Shown: piece by piece, positions 37,236-50,222 of the stretch
Numbering within the stretch: position 1 is the first letter of the stretch
How the letters are laid out: each line of letters begins with the position of its first letter
NCBI RefSeq assembly: GCF_001194135.2
Contig: NC_068995.1
Span: 44,562,697 to 44,626,696 of the forward strand
Direction: 5' to 3'
Origin: Octopus bimaculoides
Taxonomy: Eukaryota
DNA: 64,000 bases
Position numbers and translations under genes: made by a program
Notes under the pieces: generated by a model
Told to the model about the DNA's origin: nothing
The model's input: only the letters and a program-made list of their open reading frames with translations
Databases searched by the model: none

Positions 37236-37849
37236 GTTGAGCACTTGCTGCCTCCGTCCTTCTGCAGCTGCTGCTGACACCTGACGACCAACATACGAAC
37301 TAGAAGACGCAATAATATTGAGTTATCTCCCGTTAGCGTTTTTTTTTATTATCTCCCTTACATTTATTGTAGATTTTCTTCCTTAGAATAGCCATGAATG
37401 GACCATGGAAATGAGCGTTTAATCTGCTAGAAGTAGCAACTAAATCTTGTTGAAATCACATTCCAACGTCTAAAACAATCAAAGACACATACAATATTGC
37501 ACGCTCTTAAAAACACAGGATGGTCGCTAATGGAATGCTTGATCAAGGTTGAGTTCGGGTAAAACAGTAATTTGACACGTAGGACCTCCAAGGCATCAGA
37601 TTTGATTGAATGGCAAGAGTCGATTAAATCATTGTTTCTCGCAGGAGAGGGATTTAGAGCCTTTCTTGAGAGGACCCGGAATCACCGTGTTTAATAACAT
37701 GAAATATTTTTAATCATGCCAAAGAAAGAACTATCTTACAGGAATAAACTATATTGTTTTCGTATTCATAAAGAGGTTGAGAGGGACGAAAAATCTTAAA
37801 AATGCTATTTGAAGGAATTTCAGTTTTGTCAGGTCGAGAACCACTGGAA

Positions 37850-38236
37850 TAAATCGATTACAATAATTGATGGGTATTTCATTTGTTCTAATCTGGAAGG
37901 ATGACCCTCAGTCGGTTACGACCCATTGCCTCGTCGCCGTAAGCTTGTCAAAATATGCTCAATGTCTCTGTAGGAGACTTCCCAAGTTTAACACAAAATT
38001 TCACGTTGGCTCTTTCTTCCAACGTCCTGTCCATGGAAAAATCACAGACTACAGCATACACATGATCACAAAAAATACCTATTTCACAACTTGCGAAGTA
38101 AACAACGCCACGATGTCACTCCGCACTCTGCCTAATGAAGGTCATTGCTAGCTCTCACTGCGCATGCAACCGTGTGCTGCTATCTGTTGGCGCGCTACAG
38201 AACTAGTCCGGGAATTTTTTCATACCACCTCGTATA
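37850..38236 (-). mobile_element. Tc1/mariner-like non-autonomous element
   Basis: Ends ...CATACCACCTCG|TA (TA-CGAGG mariner-type terminus). A paralogous fragment lies at about 34930-35110 and another mariner-like remnant at 13188-13331. Confidence 0.6.
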
Positions 38237-38791
38237 TATAATAATAATAATAATGATAATAATAATAATGATAATGATAATAATAATTGATGAAAAAGAC
38301 GGAAAATAGATTTGGTACTAGTCTTTATTCAGTACGACGATTGTTTCGACTCATCCGTTCGTTATGGGTAGGATTTTGTACAACTAATAATGTTGCATCA
38401 AAGTACATATATATATACGTGTGTGTGTGTGTGTGTGTGTGCGTGCGTGCGTGTGTGTCTTTGTGTTTGATCCCCGCTATAGCTTGACAACTGATGGTGT
38501 TGTGTGTACGTCCCTCGTAACTTAGCGGTTCGACAAAAGAACAGATAGAATAAATACTAATATTTGAAAAAAAAAAGTCCTGGGGTCGATTTATTCTTCA
38601 AGGTAGTACCCTAGCATAACCACAATCTAATGACTGAAGCAATTAAAAGATAAAAGATATCCTCATGTAAAATGATGAATATAGCAACAGCAACAGCAAC
38701 GACAATAAGTAATAAATAGAATCAAAGCCTTTTATTAAAATTCTCTTAGATTGTCTTGCTCATAGGGAGTTAGTGTTGTCCTCCACTCGGC

Positions 38792-38877
38792 TCATGCTTC
38801 AACCAAATTCTTCGAGAAATATTTGATGGCACTAAGAAAACATCGATGGAAGTCTGGAGCAGAAAATACTTCTGTCC
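38792..38877 (-). CDS. Tandem macrodomain-like protein, last exon
   Basis: gtttcag|GG..., phase 1: (G)TEVFSAPDFHRCFLSAIKYFSKNLVEA*. It completes SIVLDF-GTEVFSAP, resembling the macrodomain SIAFP..GTG.FG.P motif. Confidence 0.65.
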
Positions 38878-38910
38878 CTGAAACAACAATAGAAACAAAA
38901 GACAATGTCA

Positions 38911-39371
38911 GGATCTTTTTTAAAACGGGGGCCACATTTTTCATTAACGAAACACTTTGAAACTTGGAACACTGGTAGAATGTGTCATATAAAACATCTT
39001 TTTCTCTTAGTCTTCTTAAAAAAAAAAAGAAATCCATAAGTTATTCCATGTTAAAGTTGTCGTATTTCTGTAATTTCAACCAATCACTGACGTCCATTCA
39101 GCCGATATACATTAAGTGCCGACTACATAAACAAACGATTCTGAAACAATTAACCCTAACTCTAACCCTAGGGTTAGGGTTAGGGTTAGGGTTAAAGCAA
39201 ATAAAACGAAGGTATGGAGATTAAATACGCTTTACATCGCTTAATCAGCCAAAAGAGTAAATATAAACAACTGAATACTTGTCAGTGATTGGTTGAAATT
39301 ATCGAAATAAGACAATTTTTTACTACGTAAAACATTAATGAAAAATGTGGCCCCCGTTTTAAAATAGATCC
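38911..39371. mobile_element. MITE with about 40-bp TIRs starting GG and an 8-bp TSD (Merlin-like)
   Basis: TIR GGATCT(T/A)TTTTAAAACGGGGGCCACATTTTT. TSD CAATGTCA at 38903-38910 and 39372-39379. Confidence 0.85.
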
Positions 39372-40778
39372 CAATGTCATTACAGAAGATTATTTATTAA
39401 GAAATTCTGCTTTGAAAATAAACAATAAAAGGCTTGGCAAAATGTTAGGATTGATGAATTCCTTCCTTTACGTGACGTGACGTGACGTGACAAGAGTCAA
39501 CATTTTACACAAATTCATTTGTAAGAGTTACACGCCCTTAAATATACAACATGGTTAATACTCGGATTTATAATGCCAATAGTATAGTTGTTGTTTGTTC
39601 AAAGTATCTATTTTTGTCTAGGTTCTGTAATAAATCATTTTTTCGACGCAGGAATGGCCATGTGGTTAAAAAGCTCACTTTGCAAGCATGTGACTTCGGG
39701 TTCAGTCCCACAGCGCGACACCTTGAACAAACGTCTTCTCTTATAAACCCCGGGCCGACTAATACCTTGTGAATAAATTTGATAGACAGAAACTGTGTGG
39801 AATCCACACCACCACTTGACAACCAGTGTTGATTTGTTCACGTCTCCGTAACCTAGTGGTTCAGCAAAAGAGAACTATAGAATAAGTACTAGACTTTCAA
39901 CCTTTCAAGGCGGTACTCCAGCATGGCCACAATCAAACAAGACAATAGATACGACATATTCTGCAATTTGGCGTCACTGGTAGCCTAACATTCATTTACA
40001 ACTCGTTTACAAATTGATTAACCATAATCCTAATTATTTACGAGTTAATTAGTCAGTTTTATATCATCAGTTTTAATTGCTTTGTTAAAAATAAAAATAA
40101 TAATTCGTAAACTAACCAAGAAAAGGCAGAACAGCACCATCTGAAAAAGTCATAAAATATAAAATGTTATTTTAATGATGTCTTTGAAGTGATAGTATAC
40201 AACAATAACAGGATATTTACTAGTGAGAAAAACAAATCAAGCACAAGTTTTTAAATACCTTTAAAACAATAATTAGTTTGCTTGAATCATTGCAATATGC
40301 ATAAATGATATAAATGTTTGGGAAAAAAAACCTACCTTTGAGCAATGCAAGTTTGTGGAACTAGATAAACTATATGAGGTGATGTCAGTAAATGAAAACG
40401 AAGAGAAAAGTTATTGTATTAGCTTACATAGGTTATTTAATAGCCCTTTGATATTTCAAGAAAGATCCCCCCCCCCTTTTTTTTTTTCAAATAGAAGAAA
40501 GAAAATTATGAAAGTGTAACAACAAATTTCTTCGAATCTTGTTATGATTTTCATGCATCTCTAGTATATAAATTAAGCCAAATGCACCAATCACAAAGTC
40601 TTATTTCTTCTTCCTCGAAACCATNNNNNNNNNNNNNNNNNNNNNNNNNNNNNNNNNNNNNNNNNNNNNNNNNNNNNNNNNNNNNNNNNNNNNNNNNNNN
40701 NNNNNNNNNNNNNNNNNNNNNNNNNNNNNNNNNNNNNNNNNNNNNNNNNNNNNNNNNNNNNNNNNNNNNNNNNNNNNA

Positions 40779-41143
40779 GGGTAGCGGACTCGCGGTCATA
40801 GGCTCGCGGTTTCGATTCCCAGACCGGGCGTTGTGAGTGTTTATTGAGCGAAAACACCTAAAGCTCCACGAGGCTCCAACAGGGGATGGTGGCGAACCCT
40901 ACTGTACTCTTTCGCCACAACTTTCTCTCACTCTTTCTTCCAGTTTCTGTTGTGCCTGTAATTCAAAGGGCCAGCCTTGTCACACTTCGTGTCACGCCGA
41001 ATCTCCCCGAGAACTAGATTAAGAGTACAGGTGTCTGTGGAGTGCTCAGCCACTTGCACGTTAATTTCATGAGCAGGCTGTTCCGTTGATCGGATCAACT
41101 GGAACCCTCGACGTCGTAAGCGACGGAGTGCCAACAACGACAA
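40779..41143 (+). mobile_element. SINE family D (5' end lies in a gap)
   Basis: Near-identical to 52320-52688. Confidence 0.87.
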
Positions 41144-41620
41144 CTGAGAAATATTTGCAACTAAATATCAAAAGATTCAGAAAAATGATTTTTGTCATTG
41201 ATTTGACTTCTCTGAAGAGCCCCGTATAAATCAGAAGTCGCCAATCTTTTCCATTTGATTCTCTGGGTCCTATTTATTCTAAAAAATTTCTCCACAAATA
41301 GTTTTGCTGTCTACTTAAGGAGACTCACGCCCATTTCTTTCAGAAACTAACAATAGAATGGTTACGAATCTTTTAAAGATAAGGATTTCTAACCATTTCT
41401 AGACAATCAAAAGCTATCATTATCGACATACTAGAAATCGTAATTACTGCGTGTTTCCATTCTAACCTAGCATTGATAGGCGGTTCTGGAACAATTGCGG
41501 AAATAGGTGAAACTATGCTCTCAAGAGCACATTTAGAATTCGAGTTAGGATTAAAGCTTCCCCTGAAACTGGTGTGATTTTAATGATTAACGTTAAAACT
41601 ACGTCTGTACCGAAAATTCC

Positions 41621-41896
41621 CCGGATCTTTTTGGTTTGACGGGCAACACTTTGGGGTTAGGGTTAGGGTTAGGGTTATGAGTTTTAGGGTTAGGGTTAGG
41701 GTTATGAGTGAGGTTATGGCAAAAATAATCATAACCCTAACCGTAATCCTAAAACTAACCCTAACTCTAAAACCCGAACCCTAACTCTAAAACCCGAACC
41801 CTAACCCTAAAACCCTAAAGCTAAAACCAGTACAAACGCATGAACGATGTCATAAATAAGAGTAACACGGGTAGTTGTTGTTGACAAACAACGGCA
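41621..41896. mobile_element. Probable MITE with degenerate TTAGGG/CCCTAA arrays (right end in gap)
   Basis: Starts GGATCTTTTT like the 38911 element. (TTAGGG)n at 41653-41716 and (CCCTAA)-like repeats at 41730-41820. Confidence 0.55.
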
Positions 41897-43295
41897 NNNN
41901 NNNNNNNNNNNNNNNNNNNNNNNNNNNNNNNNNNNNNNNNNNNNNNNNNNNNNNNNNNNNNNNNNNNNNNNNNNNNNNNNNNNNNNNNNNNNNNNNNNNN
42001 NNNNNNNNNNNNNNNNNNNNNNNNNNNNNNNNNNNNNNNNNNNNNNNNNNNNNNNNNNNNNNNNNNNNNNNNNNNNNNNNNNNNNNNNNNNNNNNNNNNN
42101 NNNNNNNNNNNNNNNNNNNNNNNNNNNNNNNNNNNNNNNNNNNNNNNNNNNNNNNNNNNNNNNNNNNNNNNNNNNNNNNNNNNNNNNNNNNNNNNNNNNN
42201 NNNNNNNNNNNNNNNNNNNNNNNNNNNNNNNNNNNNNNNNNNNNNNNNNNNNNNNNNNNNNNNNNNNNNNNNNNNNNNNNNNNNNNNNNNNNNNNNNNNN
42301 NNNNNNNNNNNNNNNNNNNNNNNNNNNNNNNNNNNNNNNNNNNNNNNNNNNNNNNNNNNNNNNNNNNNNNNNNNNNNNNNNNNNNNNNNNNNNNNNNNNN
42401 NNNNNNNNNNNNNNNNNNNNNNNNNNNNNNNNNNNNNNNNNNNNNNNNNNNNNNNNNNNNNNNNNNNNNNNNNNNNNNNNNNNNNNNNNNNNNNNNNNNN
42501 NNNNNNNNNNNNNNNNNNNNNNNNNNNNNNNNNNNNNNNNNNNNNNNNNNNNNNNNNNNNNNNNNNNNNNNNNNNNNNNNNNNNNNNNNNNNNNNNNNNN
42601 NNNNNNNNNNNNNNNNNNNNNNNNNNNNNNNNNNNNNNNNNNNNNNNNNNNNNNNNNNNNNNNNNNNNNNNNNNNNNNNNNNNNNNNNNNNNNNNNNNNN
42701 NNNNNNNNNNNNNNNNNNNNNNCCCACAAGGGGCTACACACAAAGGGGACAAACAAGGACAGACGAACGGATTAAGTCGATTACATCGACCCCAGTGCGT
42801 AACTGGTACTTAATTTATCGACCCGAAAGGATGAAAGGCAAAGTCGACCACGGCGGAATTTGAACTCAGAACGTAACGGCAGACGAATACCGCTAAACAT
42901 TTCGCCCAGCGCGTTAACGTTTCTGCCAGCCCGCCGCCTTGTGTAAGTATGTGGGGGGGGCGAGTGTGCGCACGTGCGTATAGACGTGTGTATATGTGTG
43001 TGAGGCTATCGTGTGTGTGTGTGCGTGTGCAAACTCTTGTGTGTAGTAGTTGATGTGAGCTTGTTCGAATGGTGTGTGTGGGCGTGTATGTGTGTGTGTG
43101 TGTGTGACCCTATAGTGTGCGTGTGTATTGTGTATGTTTATGTGCGAAAGTTGTATGTGTTTATTCGTGCTGTGTGTGTGTGTGTGTGTATTGATACATG
43201 TATGTGTATAGGTNNNNNNNNNNNNNNNNNNNNNNNNNNNNNNNNNNNNNNNNNNNNNNNNNNNNNNNNNNNNNNNNNNNNNNNNNNNNNNNNNN

Positions 43296-43351
<56 letters not shown>

Positions 43352-43883
43352 GCGCGCAGTAATAATCACATTATTTATTTATTACACTCGACAACAAATT
43401 TCAACTTTTTTTTATTTTTGTTTGTTACAGACACGTAAACTACTGATTCCTACCAAATTTCTGATGTTAATTTCAGATCAGATATCTAAATTTCTCTATC
43501 ACATCCAGATTTTGTGTAACCGAAAACCCCTATTTTTCATTTTTTTTTTTCTCACCTGTTTCTATTACGAAAGCCGTCTAAGCTACTTTTCCATGCCACG
43601 TTCTATGTTAAGAATATCTAAATAAATAACGAACAGGAATGTCTTTCCTCCTTTTTCCACCTTAAGACAGACAATAGAATTCCGCTGGCAGAGTTACCAC
43701 CCCTGCGCTCAATCAGTCACCCGAAGCGTTTTACTAAGTGATTTGCATTTTACACAAAATCTAGACGCGAAAGAAAAAATCTAATTATAGATTTGAAATC
43801 AGCAAACCGAAATTAGCTAGAAACACCTATTTGGTCTAGTGTTAGAAACGTATGTGTAAGGAATATCGAAATCCAATACTCAC

Positions 43884-44405
43884 CGAAGTCTAGAACTATT
43901 GAAATATCCTTTTGTTTTCTCTGAAAAGTTCTTTGCATTTGGTCGATGAGTACTCTCATAAAATGTTTGTAGTCAGCTATGTCTTTGCTTCCGGGTGCAG
44001 CAACATACATCACTTCGTTTACCGACCGTCCATTTATCTGTTCAACGGCTATCATGTGAATACTATCGTCAGATTTACATAAAACACTGTATTCACGAGT
44101 TCTAACGTTACTCGCACGTCGTTGAATATCTTCAAAGGCAGACCTTGAAACAACAACTATCACAGCATTGGTTGAAGGTTCCAAAATCCTACACTTGCGG
44201 ACTTGGAATAAGTCACTATAAACAGTTCTCTTACCATATGGATATACTCGTTTTTCAATAGCTAAAGCCATAAGGATTAGGGCGGCTTTATTCGTTGAGT
44301 AGATATTGAAAATCTGTTCCTTCTGTTTTATATTGGGCCTATCGGAAAACCACAGTAAACCCTCCACGAAGGCTTCAGCACATAAGCTAGGAGAGTAACC
44401 CTTCT
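43884..44405 (-). CDS. Tandem macrodomain-like protein, exon with the end of macro 1 and most of macro 2
   Basis: ccatag|...|gtgag, 522 nt open frame (within ORF 43813-44457), phase 1/1: EKGYSPSLCAEAFVEGLLWF...FQVRKCRILEPSTNAVIVVV...NEVMYVAAP...ISIVLDF. Confidence 0.75.
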
Positions 44406-47001
44406 CTATGGATAAAAAAGAATCATTAAAAAACGTGTTGTTTAATTTGACTCTCACGTGATTTGAAGGATGTTCATGGATGATTCATGGATTAAAAGAG
44501 ACGAAAAGCATGTGTGATGAATTTTATAACTGGGGGNNNNNNNNNNNNNNNNNNNNNNNNNNNNNNNNNNNNNNNNNNNNNNNNNNNNNNNNNNNNNNNN
44601 NNNNNNNNNNNNNNNNNNNNNNNNNNNNNNNNNNNNNNNNNNNNNNNNNNNNNNNNNNNNNNNNNNNNNNNNNNNNNNNNNNNNNNNNNNNNNNNNNNNN
44701 NNNNNNNNNNNNNNNNNNNNNNNNNNNNNNNNNNNNNNNNNNNNNNNNNNNNNNNNNNNNNNNNNNNNNNNNNNNNNNNNNNNNNNNNNNNNNNNNNNNN
44801 NNNNNNNNNNNNNNNNNNNNNNNNNNNNNNNNNNNNNNNNNNNNNNNNNNNNNNNNNNNNNNNNNNNNNNNNNNNNNNNNNNNNNNNNNNNNNNNNNNNN
44901 NNNNNNNNNNNNNNNNNNNNNNNNNNNNNNNNNNNNNNNNNNNNNNNNNNNNNNNNNNNNNNNNNNNNNNNNNNNNNNNNNNNNNNNNNNNNNNNNNNNN
45001 NNNNNNNNNNNNNNNNNNNNNNNNNNNNNNNNNNNNNNNNNNNNNNNNNNNNNNNNNNNNNNNNNNNNNNNNNNNNNNNNNNNNNNNNNNNNNNNNNNNN
45101 NNNNNNNNNNNNNNNNNNNNNNNNNNNNNNNNNNNNNNNNNNNNNNNNNNNNNNNNNNNNNNNNNNNNNNNNNNNNNNNNNNNNNNNNNNNNNNNNNNNN
45201 NNNNNNNNNNNNNNNNNNNNNNNNNNNNNNNNNNNNNNNNNNNNNNNNNNNNNNNNNNNNNNNNNNNNNCCTTTCGGGGGTCGATAAATTAAGTACCAGT
45301 CAAACACTGGGGGTCGATGTGATCGACTTGCCCCCTCTCCCACAAATTTCAGGCCTTGTGCCTATAGTAGAAAGGATTATTAGGAATCTCTTTGGAAACA
45401 GAAATTATTCATAAAGTCGAGAGAAAAGGTCGCAGAATAGTAATGAGAAAGCCCCAGAACAATTTAAACAAACGGAGAAAGATAAGATTCCACTTACAAC
45501 ATTATGTAACAAAATTTTAATTGCTTTTGTCTTTGGTCAGTAAGTGTTATTTCTCATTTGCTTCTTTCTAATAATTAAAGGGAATGACTACTAATTTCCT
45601 TCAAGCTTTGTTTCTGTGATCTGGACATCAGTGTTTTGAAACTGACCTATTTTCCATTACATTTCAGACACATTCAACGCTGAGTTACTGAAGTAGAAAT
45701 ATCGTTACAGCAAATATTCTGCTCAACACCACAGATCTGCTTGTCAGTTCCTTTACTTTAAACCACGTGAGCATGTCATTTAGTGATCGATAACATGTGT
45801 ATCTCTGATCATGAGCTGGAGTAGTTGGGGAGCATCATATTTATTTATTTATTTATGTGTTTCAGCCAAGTGGCTGCGGTCATGCTGGTGCACCACCGTG
45901 AAGAGGAATTCTTTGGGATATGTTGAGGAATTCTTTGGGATTTGAATAAATGTAATAAAAGCAAAGTTTGAAGAAAATATTAGCCATTTTTCATACTTTC
46001 TAGGGGTAAGCAAATAAGAAATAACAGTTGCTACCCAAGGACAAAAATCGTGTTACACAGTGTAATCAATAACAATTGTCAAAACTGAAATCGATCTGAT
46101 GAGGTCACAGAAGTGTAACGAAAGAACTCTGGCCGAAATACGATTANNNNNNNNNNNNNNNNNNNNNNNNNNNNNNNNNNNNNNNNNNNNNNNNNNNNNN
46201 NNNNNNNNNNNNNNNNNNNNNNNNNNNNNNNNNNNNNNNNNNNNNNNNNNNNNNNNNNNNNNNNNNNNNNNNNNNNNNNNNNNNNNNNNNNNNNNNNNNN
46301 NNNNNNNNNNNNNNNNNNNNNNNNNNNNNNNNNNNNNNNNNNNNNNNNNNNNNNNNNNNNNNNNNNNNNNNNNNNNNNNNNNNNNNNNNNNNNNNNNNNN
46401 NNNNNNNNNNNNNNNNNNNNNNNNNNNNNNNNNNNNNNNNNNNNNNNNNNNNNNNNNNNNNNNNNNNNNNNNNNNNNNNNNNNNNNNNNNNNNNNNNNNN
46501 NNNNNNNNNNNNNNNNNNNNNNNNNNNNNNNNNNNNNNNNNNNNNNNNNNNNNNNNNNNNNNNNNNNNNNNNNNNNNNNNNNNNNNNNNNNNNNNNNNNN
46601 NATATATATATATATATATAGGATGAAGTGGTAATTCGTAATGGTAACAGGTTAGTGAAAACTTCGTGATATGCACCAAAAGATGAATTGACAGAAGGCA
46701 AAAGTAACTTCATACACATTTTATTTATCCGCCACAATTCGTCTTGTTATGAACCGTATACAAAAGGATGGGGGTCGCGCAACTTTAAGGATCTGTGTCA
46801 GATGTAGGGGACAGAAAGAGATAGACATACAATGTCTAACAAAAAACAACTGTCGGAAAAGAGCCGAAGAGGGTTCGAAATGGTACATGTTCGAAAGCAG
46901 AAAGTAGATCGGGCGAACAATGGAAGTGAATGTAGAGAGGATATTATTATAACTAACTACACGTGAAGAAAATATTATCGTAATAATGTTTAAAAACTTA
47001 C

Positions 47002-47375
47002 CTATGCCCAAAATTGATGTTGCAATCTCAGTTGCTTGTACATTTTGGGTCGAATTGACGGCCTTTCTGATGGAAAATGACAGTTTCATCAACGAATTCT
47101 GATAATCGTAATTTTTGTCTAATCGATATTGCGGAAGAACTAGAAGAATTATGTAGTTAAATTTCAATGGACCAGCATTTGTAATCAGCGTAGTACCAAT
47201 CTCCATTTCTATGTTATAATACTTTTCAAGCTCGGGCACAATTGCATCTCGTGCTCGACTAACTATCCGTGCAGTAACGCCCTCTAGTTTCGAAATAACT
47301 TGATTTGCTGGCAACAGAAGCGTGTCACCATTGCCCTTTTCTATTTTTCCATCCATCAAACGAATAACAAAACCA
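47002..47375 (-). CDS. Tandem macrodomain-like protein, macro 1 exon (upstream exons not resolved)
   Basis: ttttag|...|gtaag, 374 nt: GFVIRLMDGKIEKGNGDTLLLPAN...EGVTARIV...GTTLITNAGPLKFNYIILLVLP...EIATSILGI. Follows the macrodomain motif order. Confidence 0.75.
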
Positions 47376-48189
47376 CTAAAAGTATATTCATCAATTAGAG
47401 CTACAAAACAAAAAGAGAAAAATTAATAGAAAAACAAAACTTTTTAAAATGAAATAATGTCGCACGAAAGCAGCATTGAATGGAACATTCGTGTTAGGTC
47501 ATATTCAACACGTTCAAGTGCAGTCGAATGTAAAAAGACCTTTCGCTACGGAGCTAGTCCCGTGGAAATTTTTCTCCAGTTAGACATATGCAAAGACATC
47601 CCATCCCATCTTATATCTTTACACATGTTAAAGAGGAGAATTTTTTTTTTTTTTTTTTTTTGCTCTGAAACTAGCTCCGCAGCAAAAGGCCTTCTCACGT
47701 TTGAGTACATTCGATCGTGTTAAATATGACTCTACACGAAAACGTTTTAACAATTACGGCATGGAAAAAGCTTTCAAAAACACTAAAAAAAAACTAACTT
47801 CACTTAAACATTTATTATTTGGTGTCAAAAGTTTTATAATGCCATGGAAATGTGCCAGTGACCAGGTTGTAGTTAGTGTGACGAAAATTTTGACACGAAA
47901 TATTAAATACTTCAAGTGAAATTAGCAGATTTTGAATGGCTAATATGTGTATTCTACACTGTAATTGTTTTAGTTTCCGGCCAAATCATTTGCGAGACAA
48001 GTACATCAGCGAAAAATCTTTCATTTGGAAAGAAAGCGATCTGCCAGAATAGGCGTCAGTTGAGTTGTTTCTTATTGGTATATCATCTTAGTGGTTGTAT
48101 CTGTGACTCCTTCGAGATCTGAACTAGATCCATGGAACTGTAAATATGTTAGACGAATATAAACTACAAGGAAGTGTAGTCTACTGTGG

Positions 48190-49010
48190 TTGTAGACACT
48201 ACGAGTGAGTTTAAATCATTTGGTAGGTTTGGAGAAGATTTACACGAGAACACGTGTAATATATAATGTTACACTGGCTCACACAAAATTATCAAAAGTA
48301 AAATGCAACCTAAATCATTGAAAGAAATATTAACCAGCGCAAGACTATATCCATTTTAACAACAGAACCAAAAGTGAAAAAATGTGGTCGACCTAACTGT
48401 GGTACTTGCCCCCCCCCACCTTTTGGAGGGTTCAGAGTTACATTTTAAACAAGGTGAAATCTTTAAGATTAAATCAAATTTCACCTGTGCCTCGGAAAAT
48501 CTAATCTATGCCATTACATGCTTAGGGTGCAGTAATTACTATATTGGCCAAACAGGAATATGACTACTCTCCACGAAGAACAAATCCGCCACCCACATTA
48601 CAGACAGATACAGGTCAGTGGACACATAGAAAGGTGTGCGAGGAATCTTAATCCTAATTTCCTAATTTTTCCCTTCTATCAATGTTCACAGAACACCTCA
48701 ACACAACAAAGAATGAATAAAGAGGCAACTTTCATCAATAAATATCTTCCTGAACTAAATATGAACACATAACATAATTTAGAACACTACTAACCTTCCA
48801 TTGAATACCACTAACCCCCATACATCCCACACACCATTCACATTACAGATCTAGATTTACTCTAATTGCACCAAATCCAGAACTACTTACCTCCCTTACA
48901 CATAATCTTTTTACTCAGGGACTAGTAGACCTGACACCGTTCAGTATTCGGTGTGCATTCAAAGCAATGATAAATAACATTAGGAAACCGGTATGCTTTT
49001 GAATCTCTTT
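48190..49010 (+). mobile_element. Penelope-like element fragment (GIY-YIG endonuclease)
   Basis: Translates to KCGRPNCGTC and, after a frameshift in a poly-C run, NLIYAITCLGCSNYYIGQTG. Confidence 0.8.
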
Positions 49011-50186
49011 AACAATTCACAATAATGACTTTTACTACTTTTATTCCTACCTCAGTTCGTCTAATTGTATATATCTATCGTTACTTTTCATAAAAGCCTT
49101 TACTTTTTTTTATTTCCAATGTGCGTTTCCGCTTATTTTTCTTCTTACTTCCTCCCTTACATTTCCACGTGTAATTTCTATTTTGTTTTTGTAACATATT
49201 TCTATTATATAATCCTAGGTACTGGATTATCCGATTTTGGTTGTCCATTTTTCTAATGTTCTTCCCAGAGGTAAGACAAAAATTTTTTATGTTTGCTACC
49301 CTCACACCTCTTTGCCAATATATACACATTGAAGTTTTACTATAGCGTCGACTGCTATTTCCAGTAAACATCGGTGCTGTGTTGTACCACTACTCTCTCT
49401 CCCCCTCTCCCTCTTTCTCTCCCCCCCCTCTCTCTCTCTCTATATATATATATTGAAAAAAAAGTCGTCAGAATTTTGGAATAACTTCTTTCATTTATTT
49501 TATACATATATTAGCGCTTTCGTTCGTCTTTCGAACTTGTCAAATATAACTGTGAAAATACAGAGATCTAGCTTATTTATATAAAAACAGGTGTTTTGGG
49601 GGGTTTTGTTTATAACAGAACATTNNNNNNNNNNNNNNNNNNNNNNNNNNNNNNNNNNNNNNNNNNNNNNNNNNNNNNNNNNNNNNNNNNNNNNNNNNNN
49701 NNNNNNNNNNNNNNNNNNNNNNNNNNNNNNNNNNNNNNNNNNNNNNNNNNNNNNNNNNNNNNNNNNNNNNNNNNNNNNNNNNNNNNNNNNNNNNNNNNNN
49801 NNNNNNNNNNNNNNNNNNNNNNNNNNNNNNNNNNNNNNNNNNNNNNNNNNNNNNNNNNNNNNNNNNNNNNNNNNNNNNNNNNNNNNNNNNNNNNNNNNNN
49901 NNNNNNNNNNNNNNNNNNNNNNNNNNNNNNNNNNNNNNNNNNNNNNNNNNNNNNNNNNNNNNNNNNNNNNNNNNNNNNNNNNNNNNNNNNNNNNNNNNNN
50001 NNNNNNNNNNNNNNNNNNNNNNNNNNNNNNNNNNNNNNNNNNNNNNNNNNNNNNNNNNNNNNNNNNNNNNNNNNNNNNNNNNNNNNNNNNNNNNNNNNNN
50101 NNNNNNNNNNNNNNNNNNNNNNNNNNNNNNNNNNNNNNNNNNNNNNNNNNNNNNNNNNTACATACATACATACATACATACATACA

Positions 50187-50222
<36 letters not shown>

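Noticed and set aside
41432-41562. Candidate extra exon of the macrodomain gene (GSFNPNSNSKCALES...)
   Set aside because: It needs a phase-2 entry but the upstream exon ends in phase 1. Direct splicing 43884 to 38877 restores the macrodomain motif. A bridging exon hidden in a gap cannot be excluded.
41653-41820. Telomere-fusion signature (TTAGGG)n-(CCCTAA)n
   Set aside because: Short, degenerate, starts with a MITE-like terminus and lies inside a gene intron, so a transposon origin is more parsimonious.
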